A stretch of 64,000 nt of DNA from Armatimonadota bacterium (lineage in GTDB: Bacteria; Armatimonadota; Fimbriimonadia; Fimbriimonadales; GBS-DC), in the NCBI GenBank assembly GCA_037442365.1, contig JBBIQK010000002.1, forward strand, positions 5,492 to 69,491, read 5' to 3'. The translations under genes were made by a program, and so were the position numbers. Each line of letters starts with the position of its first letter. Position 1 is the stretch's first letter. Positions 9,189 to 16,624 of the stretch are shown piece after piece. The notes below the pieces were generated by a model. It saw only the letters and a program-made list of their open reading frames with translations. It ran no database searches and was not told the DNA's origin.

Positions 9189-9680
9189 ATGACAATCACC
9201 AAACCCACTCAGGAGACAACCACAACGACGGACGCGAACACCGAGAAATACCTCGTGTTCCAGATAGGCAACGAGACCTACGGGGTGCCGCTGCTGCAGG
9301 TGCAGGAAATACGCACCTACACGCCTGCCACGCGCGTGCCGAACGCCCCCGACTATGTGCTGGGCGTGATTAACCTGCGCGGCAATATCATCGCAGTGAT
9401 TGACGCCCGCACACGCTTTGGGCTGCCGCCGCTCCCCGAAGACGAGTCGACGGTTGTTGTCGTTGCACAGGTCAGCGACAAAATCTTCGGGCTACGGCTC
9501 GACTCCGTCTCGGATGTGATGGACATCCCGTTGGATCAGGTACAGCCGACGCCGCCGATTGCTTCGGAAGCCACCCATCGGTTCCTGAACGGTATGGTGC
9601 AGGTTGGCGAGCGCGTGGTCATCCTGCTGAACCTGCGCGAGATTTTCGACATCGACGCGCTGAACCAGATGGTCGCCTGA
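9189..9680 (+). CDS. cheW: chemotaxis coupling protein CheW
   Basis: 163 aa with YLVFQIGNETYGVPLLQVQEI...VINLRGNIIAVIDAR, typical of a CheW domain. AGGAGG SD. Confidence 0.9.
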   Translation: MTITKPTQETTTTTDANTEKYLVFQIGNETYGVPLLQVQEIRTYTPATRVPNAPDYVLGVINLRGNIIAVIDARTRFGLPPLPEDESTVVVVAQVSDKIFGLRLDSVSDVMDIPLDQVQPTPPIASEATHRFLNGMVQVGERVVILLNLREIFDIDALNQMVA

Positions 9681-9780
9681 TTCGCGGTCAGGTCGGGTAG
9701 AATCCCCCCGCACAGAGGGTCTGTTCAGGCGAGCAGAACCCATCTGTGTGGGCTACCGTCTAAAGCACGGAGTGTGTGCG

Positions 9781-11037
9781 ATGAACTGCCGACAGACAGG
9801 AATAGGGCTGATTGCGATGATGGTTGTGCTGAGCGTTGCGCTCACGGGCTGCGGCGGCGGAGGGGGCGGCACTTCGGGAACCGCGCCAACCGTCTCCGTG
9901 GATGTGCAGAACGCTCTATGGGTCGCCTTTCAAGACGGCGCGAACGGAAACTGGACGACGCTTGCCCCATCGGGCGGCTTCAGTGGCGCGGTACCCTCCA
10001 GCGCGCCTGACGGACGCTACAGCCTTGCGTTCGTGTGTGGCGGCACGAAGCCGACCGTTTATGTGGTGCATGCCACCCGACAGGAGTTGCCACAGGCAAG
10101 CTTCACCTGCGCAGGCGCGGCTCCATCCAGCATCACGGTCAGCGGAACCGTCTCTGGCTTGAGCGGAGGACAGGCGCTGGTCTCGATTGGCGAAACGGCT
10201 ACCGCAACGACCGGGCTTTACGAAGTCGAGGTCTCTCCCGGAACTTATGACGCGCTCGCCGTGCGTATCGCGGGCAGTGTGCCCAATCGCGTCTGGCTGC
10301 AGCGTAATCGCCAGTTTACCAACAACACGACCTACAACATCAACTTCGACCAGGCGGACAGTACCCTCGTGCGCGTATTCGATGTCTCCAGCGGCACGCT
10401 CACCGTGTCGGGGCTGGATACCCAGGCGAACGAAACCGCCACGGTGCGCATTCTGCTCCAATCAGGCAATCGCGCCAGTGTGGTGGGGATTGGATCTGCA
10501 CTCAATGACCTGACGCCCACGGCGTATCCTCGCTTCCCTGCGGGCATCCTCGGCGCCGCCGAACAGTTCCGCGTGGCGGTCGACACATCCGAGCAGCGGG
10601 GCGTGGTACAGGTTGCCGCCTCACTCCCCGACAGCCTGACCATCACCCTGCCGCCCCCGTATGTGAATCCCACACTCAGCGTGAACAGCGCGGGCGCGAT
10701 ACAGTTTTCGGCGTCGGACTTCTCGTATGGCGCTTCCCCCGTGGTCGGGTACCAGCTGACTGCGTCCGCCCCCAGTGGCGCACGGTTCGAGTATTTCCTC
10801 ACACCGGGCTGGCTGGGCAACGCCTCCAGCTACACCACGCCCGTGCTGGAGACCGTGAGCGGCTGGCAAACGGCATGGAACCTGACGCGCGGCGAGCCGG
10901 CAGAAGTGGGGCTGCGCGTCTATGTCTCGCCCAGCGGCGTCACGCCCCAGACAGTCTGGAGCTATTTGCAGGGTAATCCGCTCCCTGCAGGCGCCACTCT
11001 CCGCTACGCCACGCGCCGACAGACGCTCACACCATAG
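9781..11037 (+). CDS. hypothetical lipoprotein
   Basis: MNCRQTGIGLIAMMVVLSVALTGCGGGGGG is a lipobox signal. The rest is Ser/Thr/Gly-rich and beta-like. ATG 9781 preferred over the GTG at 9748. Confidence 0.6.
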   Translation: MNCRQTGIGLIAMMVVLSVALTGCGGGGGGTSGTAPTVSVDVQNALWVAFQDGANGNWTTLAPSGGFSGAVPSSAPDGRYSLAFVCGGTKPTVYVVHATRQELPQASFTCAGAAPSSITVSGTVSGLSGGQALVSIGETATATTGLYEVEVSPGTYDALAVRIAGSVPNRVWLQRNRQFTNNTTYNINFDQADSTLVRVFDVSSGTLTVSGLDTQANETATVRILLQSGNRASVVGIGSALNDLTPTAYPRFPAGILGAAEQFRVAVDTSEQRGVVQVAASLPDSLTITLPPPYVNPTLSVNSAGAIQFSASDFSYGASPVVGYQLTASAPSGARFEYFLTPGWLGNASSYTTPVLETVSGWQTAWNLTRGEPAEVGLRVYVSPSGVTPQTVWSYLQGNPLPAGATLRYATRRQTLTP

Positions 11038-11047
11038 CGTTTCGGGT

Positions 11048-11053
11048 TATAAT
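11048..11053 (+). promoter_or_regulatory. -10 box TATAAT, 9 nt upstream of ATG 11063
   Basis: TATAATACCAGCGCTATGG is nearly identical to TATAATACGAACGCTATGG at 3924. No SD. Confidence 0.35.
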
Positions 11054-11062
11054 ACCAGCGCT

Positions 11063-13054
11063 ATGGTGCTGGAATTGCTGAGCCTGCTGCTGGCGGCGCT
11101 CTGGGGCGACCGCCCGATTCTCACGAGCCAATCGCGGGTGCTGGCGGCGCCCGACCGCGTTCTGGTGCGCTTCGTGGACGAACACACACGCCGGGCTTGC
11201 GAGCAGGCAGGCTACCGAGTCGTCCGCGAGATTCCTGAAATCGGCTACAGCGTCGTGCAGACGCCGTGGGGACAGGTGGACGAGACCATCCACCTGCTCC
11301 AGAAACACGGCTGGGTTGCAGAAGCCTATCCCGACCGGGCATATGCACTCGCCTACACCCCCAACGATCCCCTCTTCCCATCCCAGTGGAACCTCCATCG
11401 GATGCAGTTGCCTCAAGCGTGGGACTGGACGCGCGGACGCCCCGATGTGGTGGTCGCCGTGCTGGATACAGGCGTCGACTACACCCATCCTGAACTCGTT
11501 CCCAATCTGTGGGTCAACACTCAGGAGGTTCCCCAGAACGGCGTGGACGAGGATGGAAACGGGCTGGTGGACGACCATCTGGGCTACGATTTCGCCTACA
11601 ACGACCCCGACCCAATGGACGACCACGGGCACGGCACCGCGTGCGCCGGGATTGTGGCGGCGGCTGGCGACAACAACCTGATGCTCACCGGCGTCGCGTT
11701 CCAGTGCCGTATCATGTGCGTCAAAATCGGCTTGTCGAACGGTTATAGCTACGATTCGATGTTCGCGCCGGGCATCATTTACGCCGCGCAAATGGGCGCG
11801 AAGGTGCAGAGCATCAGCTACTTCAGCGACGACCTGACCCCTGTGCTGCGCGCCGCCACCGACTACGCATGGAGTTTGGGGTCGCTGCTGATTGTCGCCG
11901 CGGGCAACTACAACGAGCCGTTGCCGCTCTACCCCGCTGGGTACGACCGCGCCGTCGGCGTCGCCGCTCTGAACACCAGCGACCAGAAAGCCAGCTTCTC
12001 GAACATGGGCAGCTGGGTCGATGTCGCGGCGCCGGGCGTCGGGATTTACGCGACCACGCTGGGGGGTGGATATACCAGCTCCTTTGCCGGCACTTCGGCA
12101 GCCGCGCCCAACGCCGCGGGAGTCGCCGCTCTGCTCTGGTCGTGGATGCCCCACGCGCGGATCGAGACCATTCGCGAGGCGCTGGAGTATTCCGCCGAAC
12201 CCCTTCCCGACCCCGTCGTCGGGGCGTATGTGAACTACGGGATTGTCAACGCCAACCGCGCGCTTCAATACCTGCGCGAGGCGACCTTCCTGCCCAATGG
12301 AGCCGCACTGTGGAACCCGATCGCGCCTACCCTGCACTGGGTCAGCCCACATCGAATCCCCGTTCAGGGGGGCACGGTCACGCTGGCGGGACGATACTTC
12401 GGCTGGAATCGCCTCTGGGGGCGTGTGATGCTGGACAACCGCTCGCTTCCCGTGCTGGAGTGGACGGACAGCAAAATCGTGGTTGCGATTCCTGCGGGCG
12501 CACGTCCGGGCGAGTTGCAGGTGATTGTACGGGGCGTGCCCACCCAGCGATTCCGTCTGGAACGGTCCTTCGCCCCCAATATCCGTGCTGCGGCGCCTCA
12601 CGACCGCCAGATTAAGGGGTACACGGCAGGCGCGCGCGTCAACGGCGGCTTCCACGAACTGCGCCTTGCAGACAACCTTTCCCTCATCGCTCAGGCGCGC
12701 AGCGATAATGGCAACATCGTTCTCTACCTGCTGGTGCGTGGGCTGGACAGGGATCGCGTACAGGGCAACCTGTCGCTGACCTACCGCCGACGGGGAGACA
12801 ATCTGCCCACTGGCATCGCCGATCGCATCGAACTCTACGACTTCGCTACCGGGAGCTACCCCTACGGGAGCTTCGTGCAGGTGTTTCAAGCGCCGACGCC
12901 CAGCGCTGCCTATCAAACAACGACCGTCTCGATCGCCTCACCCAGTCGGTACATCTCTTACGAAGGCGATATTTTCATGCGTATTATTCTCGAGGGTGCG
13001 GGCAGCAACGGTCGCCTTCTGATTGACCAGCTTCTTGTAGAGTGGCAGGAATAG
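11063..13054 (+). CDS. S8 family (subtilisin-like) serine peptidase with C-terminal IPT/TIG-like and beta-rich domains
   Basis: Catalytic triad motifs VAVLDTGVDYTHPEL, HGHGTACAGIVAA and GTSAAAPNAAGVAALL. N-terminal signal and propeptide. Start at ATG 11063. Confidence 0.85.
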   Translation: MVLELLSLLLAALWGDRPILTSQSRVLAAPDRVLVRFVDEHTRRACEQAGYRVVREIPEIGYSVVQTPWGQVDETIHLLQKHGWVAEAYPDRAYALAYTPNDPLFPSQWNLHRMQLPQAWDWTRGRPDVVVAVLDTGVDYTHPELVPNLWVNTQEVPQNGVDEDGNGLVDDHLGYDFAYNDPDPMDDHGHGTACAGIVAAAGDNNLMLTGVAFQCRIMCVKIGLSNGYSYDSMFAPGIIYAAQMGAKVQSISYFSDDLTPVLRAATDYAWSLGSLLIVAAGNYNEPLPLYPAGYDRAVGVAALNTSDQKASFSNMGSWVDVAAPGVGIYATTLGGGYTSSFAGTSAAAPNAAGVAALLWSWMPHARIETIREALEYSAEPLPDPVVGAYVNYGIVNANRALQYLREATFLPNGAALWNPIAPTLHWVSPHRIPVQGGTVTLAGRYFGWNRLWGRVMLDNRSLPVLEWTDSKIVVAIPAGARPGELQVIVRGVPTQRFRLERSFAPNIRAAAPHDRQIKGYTAGARVNGGFHELRLADNLSLIAQARSDNGNIVLYLLVRGLDRDRVQGNLSLTYRRRGDNLPTGIADRIELYDFATGSYPYGSFVQVFQAPTPSAAYQTTTVSIASPSRYISYEGDIFMRIILEGAGSNGRLLIDQLLVEWQE

Positions 13055-13060
13055 GAGAGG

Positions 13061-13066
13061 CACGCA
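13061..13066 (+). promoter_or_regulatory. -10 box TATAAT, 19 nt upstream of tRNA-Met
   Basis: AGGTATAATTAAG lies directly before the tRNA at 13086. Confidence 0.35.
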
Positions 13067-13085
13067 CAGGTATAATTAAGTTAAT

Positions 13086-13160
13086 GGGCCTGTAGCTCAG
13101 CGGCAGAGCAGGCGGCTCATAACCGCTTGGTCGCAGGTTCGAATCCTGCCGGGCCCACCA
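13086..13160 (+). tRNA. tRNA with anticodon CAT (elongator Met or Ile2/lysidine), CCA encoded
   Basis: GGGCCTG-TA-GCTC-AGCGGCA-GAGC-A-GGCGG-CTCATAA-CCGCT-TGGTC-GCAGG-TTCGAAT-CCTGC-CGGGCCC-A-CCA. Not an initiator: 1:72 is paired and the anticodon stem has no GGG/CCC. Confidence 0.85.
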
Positions 13161-13216
13161 GTAAAATTTTCAGCAGGAATGTATCTTTTTTGGGCGAATT
13201 TCACAAAGAGAATGCC

Positions 13217-15223
13217 ATGCGCAACGACGCCCTTGAAAGAAAACGGCATGAACTGGTCGCCTCGCCGCTGTTCAACCTGACCTTCATGCCATCGCTCTTG
13301 CTGTTGCCCGATAGTTTGCGCATCTATCGAGCGACAGACGCGGCTTCGCGCACGCTGGGCTATTCGCATGACGAGCTCCAGCAGAAAACGCTCTACGATC
13401 TGCTGGTAGAGTCGCGTGAACAGGTGGACGCCATTCTTACGCACGCGCGTACGCATCCCCCATTCCTGCTGACGGCGCGCCGCCCTAACCGTGAGGAGCG
13501 TATTCTCGAAGGGATCGTCCACTGGCTGGATGAGTACCAGATGCTGCATCTTAGCTTCGCCGACCTGACTGACCTGCACTTGCCCCGCCGCGCCCTGCGG
13601 GAAACCGCCGCGATCGACCCCCGCCATACGGGTTATGCGTACCTTCAAGAACTTGTATGCGCCCTCTCACGCACTTTTGACGGCGCACTGGCGTACATCG
13701 GGCGTCTTATCGAATCTACGCGCGTGGAAGGGATTGCACAGGCGGCCGGGGGCGTCTTGCAGGAGCCTCTGGATTACCATCTTCACGGCACGCCCTGCGA
13801 AAATGTGGTAACCGCAGGGCTGTGTGCGTTTCCTGCGGAGGTGTCCACCCTGTTTCCAGAAGACGCCGAGTTGCAAGCGATGGGCGCGGAGAGCTACCTC
13901 GGTGCGCCGCTGCGCGACCCTCAGGGACGCACCATCGGCATCGCATGGATTATACACACGAAGCCGCTCCCCGACAGCGACGCGATTCGGGAGATTTTCC
14001 AGCTGTTTGCGATTCGCGCAGCGCACGAACTCCTGCGCGAACAGCGCGAGCAAGAGGCGGAACAACTGCGCGCCCAGCTGCTGCAGGTGCAGAAGATGGA
14101 GAGCATCGGTCGGATGGCGGGCGGACTGGCGCACGATTTCAACAATCTGCTTACCGCCGTGTTGGGCTACATCGAACTGGCGCAAGGGGCGTTGCCGCCC
14201 AACAGCTCCGCGCAAGGCTTTCTAAATAACGCGATTACCGCCGTCGAGAAAGCCGCCAGCGTCACCCGCCAGCTGATGACACTGGCGCGACAGCACCCCA
14301 TGCAACGCCAGCCTGTCGACCTGAACGCCCTGATAGAGGAATCGCTTCGAATTGCCCAGACATGGTTGCCCTCGTACATTCAGGTGCAAACCTACCTTAC
14401 CCAACCGCTCTGGCGCGTTGAAGCGGACCCTGCCCAATTGACTCAGGTGCTGCAGAATTTGCTGCTCAACGCCCGCGACGCGATTCCCGAGACGGGCGGG
14501 GTCATCACCCTCGAGACGCAGAACACAACACTGGACACCGATTATGCGCGTTCCCACTATCAGGTCGTGCCGGGCGAGTATGTGATGCTGATGATTTCCG
14601 ATAACGGCGTCGGCATGAAACCGCATGTACGCGAGCGCATCTTCGAGCCGTTTTTCACCACCAAGCCGCGCGGTCAGGGCACTGGACTGGGGCTCTCCAT
14701 CGTTCACAGCATCGTCTATCAGCTGGGGGGACACATCTGGGTCTACAGTGAAGAGGGCAAAGGCACGACCTTCAAAATTTATCTGCCTCGCGCCTATGAC
14801 GGGGCGCGCCTTCAGAGTGCGCCCCTCACAACGCCTGTGGAACTACCCCGCGGGCAGGAGACAATTCTGGTAGTGGAGGACCAGACGGAGGTGCTGGAGG
14901 TCGCCGCCGAAACGCTGCGCCTGCAGGGCTACACGGTTCTCGCTGCCAGCTCGCCCGCCGAAGCGTTGCAAATCGCACAAAACCGCAACGAACCCATCCA
15001 TCTGCTCGTCACCGATGTAGTGATGCCCGTGATGAGTGGGCGCGAGTTGGCAGACTACCTGATCCGCCTGTACCCACAGATGCGCGTGCTGTATGTGTCG
15101 GGCTACACCGAAAACACCATCGTGCATCACGGCGTCCTCGATTCGGGCGTCCACTTCCTGCCGAAACCCTACACGCCCGCGCAGCTCCTTCAAAAAGTGC
15201 GCGAGGTGCTGGACTACCGCTGA
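13217..15223 (+). CDS. hybrid sensor histidine kinase (PAS - GAF - HisKA - HATPase - receiver)
   Basis: H-box LAHDFNNLLTAVLGYIELA, N-box NLLLNARDAI, G-boxes DNGVGM and GTGLGLSIV. C-terminal REC domain (ILVVEDQ...LLVTDVVMPVMSG...PKP). Start at ATG 13217, because the upstream part of the ORF overlaps the tRNA. Confidence 0.85.
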   Translation: MRNDALERKRHELVASPLFNLTFMPSLLLLPDSLRIYRATDAASRTLGYSHDELQQKTLYDLLVESREQVDAILTHARTHPPFLLTARRPNREERILEGIVHWLDEYQMLHLSFADLTDLHLPRRALRETAAIDPRHTGYAYLQELVCALSRTFDGALAYIGRLIESTRVEGIAQAAGGVLQEPLDYHLHGTPCENVVTAGLCAFPAEVSTLFPEDAELQAMGAESYLGAPLRDPQGRTIGIAWIIHTKPLPDSDAIREIFQLFAIRAAHELLREQREQEAEQLRAQLLQVQKMESIGRMAGGLAHDFNNLLTAVLGYIELAQGALPPNSSAQGFLNNAITAVEKAASVTRQLMTLARQHPMQRQPVDLNALIEESLRIAQTWLPSYIQVQTYLTQPLWRVEADPAQLTQVLQNLLLNARDAIPETGGVITLETQNTTLDTDYARSHYQVVPGEYVMLMISDNGVGMKPHVRERIFEPFFTTKPRGQGTGLGLSIVHSIVYQLGGHIWVYSEEGKGTTFKIYLPRAYDGARLQSAPLTTPVELPRGQETILVVEDQTEVLEVAAETLRLQGYTVLAASSPAEALQIAQNRNEPIHLLVTDVVMPVMSGRELADYLIRLYPQMRVLYVSGYTENTIVHHGVLDSGVHFLPKPYTPAQLLQKVREVLDYR

Positions 15224-15244
15224 AACGGTATACTTACGCATGAG

Positions 15245-16138
15245 ATGCGTATCGTTGTTGGCGTGGATGGAGAGGGCGCGTATGAAGGCGCGCTGGCATG
15301 GGTACATGCGCTTCAGTTCGCACAACCGCAGGTGATTCTGGCGTCGGTGATCGAGCCGCCCCGCCCGCCCGTGGTGGGCGTGATTGCTCCCTTCTCCGAG
15401 GAGGTCTACCTGCAATCGCTCCAGTCGCAAACGGAAGCGATGCAGGCGCGCCTCAACGACCTGCAACAGAACCTGCAGGCGCAGGGCCTCGCGGCGGAGA
15501 CCGTCCTGCTGCAGGGGCAGGCGAGCGCGAAACTGCTGGAGCTTGCCGACGAGCGCGACGCAGACCTGATAGCGCTGGGGTCGACGCGCAAAGGTGCACT
15601 GCAGGCGCTCATGGTCGGCAGCGTCGCCCGCGCCGCGCTCACCCTCGCCCGCCAGAGCCTGCTGATTGCTCACACCCCGCCCCCAGCCGACCAGCCCCTG
15701 CACGCCGTGCTGGCGACCGACCACTCCGAATACAACTATCGCTGTATCGATCGTCTGACCCAGTTCGCGCCGCAGGGACTCCAGCGCGTCGCAATCACCA
15801 CTGCCTTCGACCTCGATGAAGAGACCCTGCAGTCGCTTACTCGCAACGCGCCCGCCGTCCAGGAATCGGGCGTGGAGTGGATTATCGAGCATCTGCATGA
15901 GCGTAATCGGCAGGTATGCGAGCGGCTCCGCCCCCTCAACGCCGCCTGCGAATCGGTTGTTGTGGAGGGGTTGCCCATTCCCTCCATCCGCGAGGCGATG
16001 CGCGAGACCGAGTCGCAGCTGCTGATTCTGGGCGCGAAGGGGCACTCGCTGCTGGAGCGGCTCTCGCTGGGAAGCGTTTCGTACCACTTCGCGATTGGCG
16101 AGGCGGTCAACCTGCTGATTCTGCGCGCGCCTGAATGA
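15245..16138 (+). CDS. universal stress protein, tandem UspA domains
   Basis: Two repeats, each ending in a G-x2-G-x9-GSV-like motif: LIALGSTRKGALQALMVGSVARAA and LLILGAKGHSLLERLSLGSVSYHF. Confidence 0.8.
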   Translation: MRIVVGVDGEGAYEGALAWVHALQFAQPQVILASVIEPPRPPVVGVIAPFSEEVYLQSLQSQTEAMQARLNDLQQNLQAQGLAAETVLLQGQASAKLLELADERDADLIALGSTRKGALQALMVGSVARAALTLARQSLLIAHTPPPADQPLHAVLATDHSEYNYRCIDRLTQFAPQGLQRVAITTAFDLDEETLQSLTRNAPAVQESGVEWIIEHLHERNRQVCERLRPLNAACESVVVEGLPIPSIREAMRETESQLLILGAKGHSLLERLSLGSVSYHFAIGEAVNLLILRAPE

Positions 16139-16141
16139 GCC

Positions 16142-16624
16142 ATGCGTCCCCGCAAGCGACTGATTGGCGTGATTGGCAGCTCGGTCGGGACGCCTGAGCA
16201 ACTGGCGCAGGCGCGGGTTGTCGGGCGACTAATTGCGGAGCGCGGCGCGGCGCTGCTCTGCGGCGGCATGACGGGCGTGATGACCGCCGCCGCGCAGGGC
16301 GCGCAGGAGGCAGGCGGGCTGACGATTGGCGTTCTGCCCGGCGCGAACGCCCACGAATCGCCTCCCAACGACTTCATCGAGATTCCGCTCTTCACGGGGC
16401 TACGCGAGGCGCGCAACTACCTCATCGCCTGCGCCAGTGAAGGGTTGATAGCCATCGGCGGCGGCTACGGCACGCTCTCCGAAATCGCGCTCGGTCTGCG
16501 ACTGGGCAAGCCTGTGGTGCTGCTCGACAGCTGGCAATTCGCGATGCAGGGCGAGCCGCTGGAAGTGCCGACCGCCCAAACCCCAGAAGAGGCGGTAGAC
16601 ATGCTCTGGGGGCTGCTCCCTTAG
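16142..16624 (+). CDS. TIGR00725-family / LOG-like (SLOG superfamily) protein
   Basis: IGVIGSS...LLCGGMTGVMTAAAQGA...GLTIGVLP...IAIGGGYGTLSEIALGL matches the lysine-decarboxylase-like/LOG Rossmann fold. Starts 4 nt after the USP stop. Confidence 0.7.
   Translation: MRPRKRLIGVIGSSVGTPEQLAQARVVGRLIAERGAALLCGGMTGVMTAAAQGAQEAGGLTIGVLPGANAHESPPNDFIEIPLFTGLREARNYLIACASEGLIAIGGGYGTLSEIALGLRLGKPVVLLDSWQFAMQGEPLEVPTAQTPEEAVDMLWGLLP

Noticed and set aside
11027-12916. 629-aa ORF antisense to the S8 peptidase gene
   Set aside because: The plus strand carries the full Asp/His/Ser subtilase triad. The minus-strand product is low-complexity and Arg/Gly/Val/Ala-rich, with no motifs.
13127-13216. 5' extension of the histidine kinase ORF
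   Set aside because: It overlaps tRNA-Met (13086..13160). The first ATG after the tRNA is 13217.
14843-16201. 452-aa ORF antisense to the histidine kinase 3' end and the USP gene
   Set aside because: It overlaps two plus-strand genes that have clear domain signatures.
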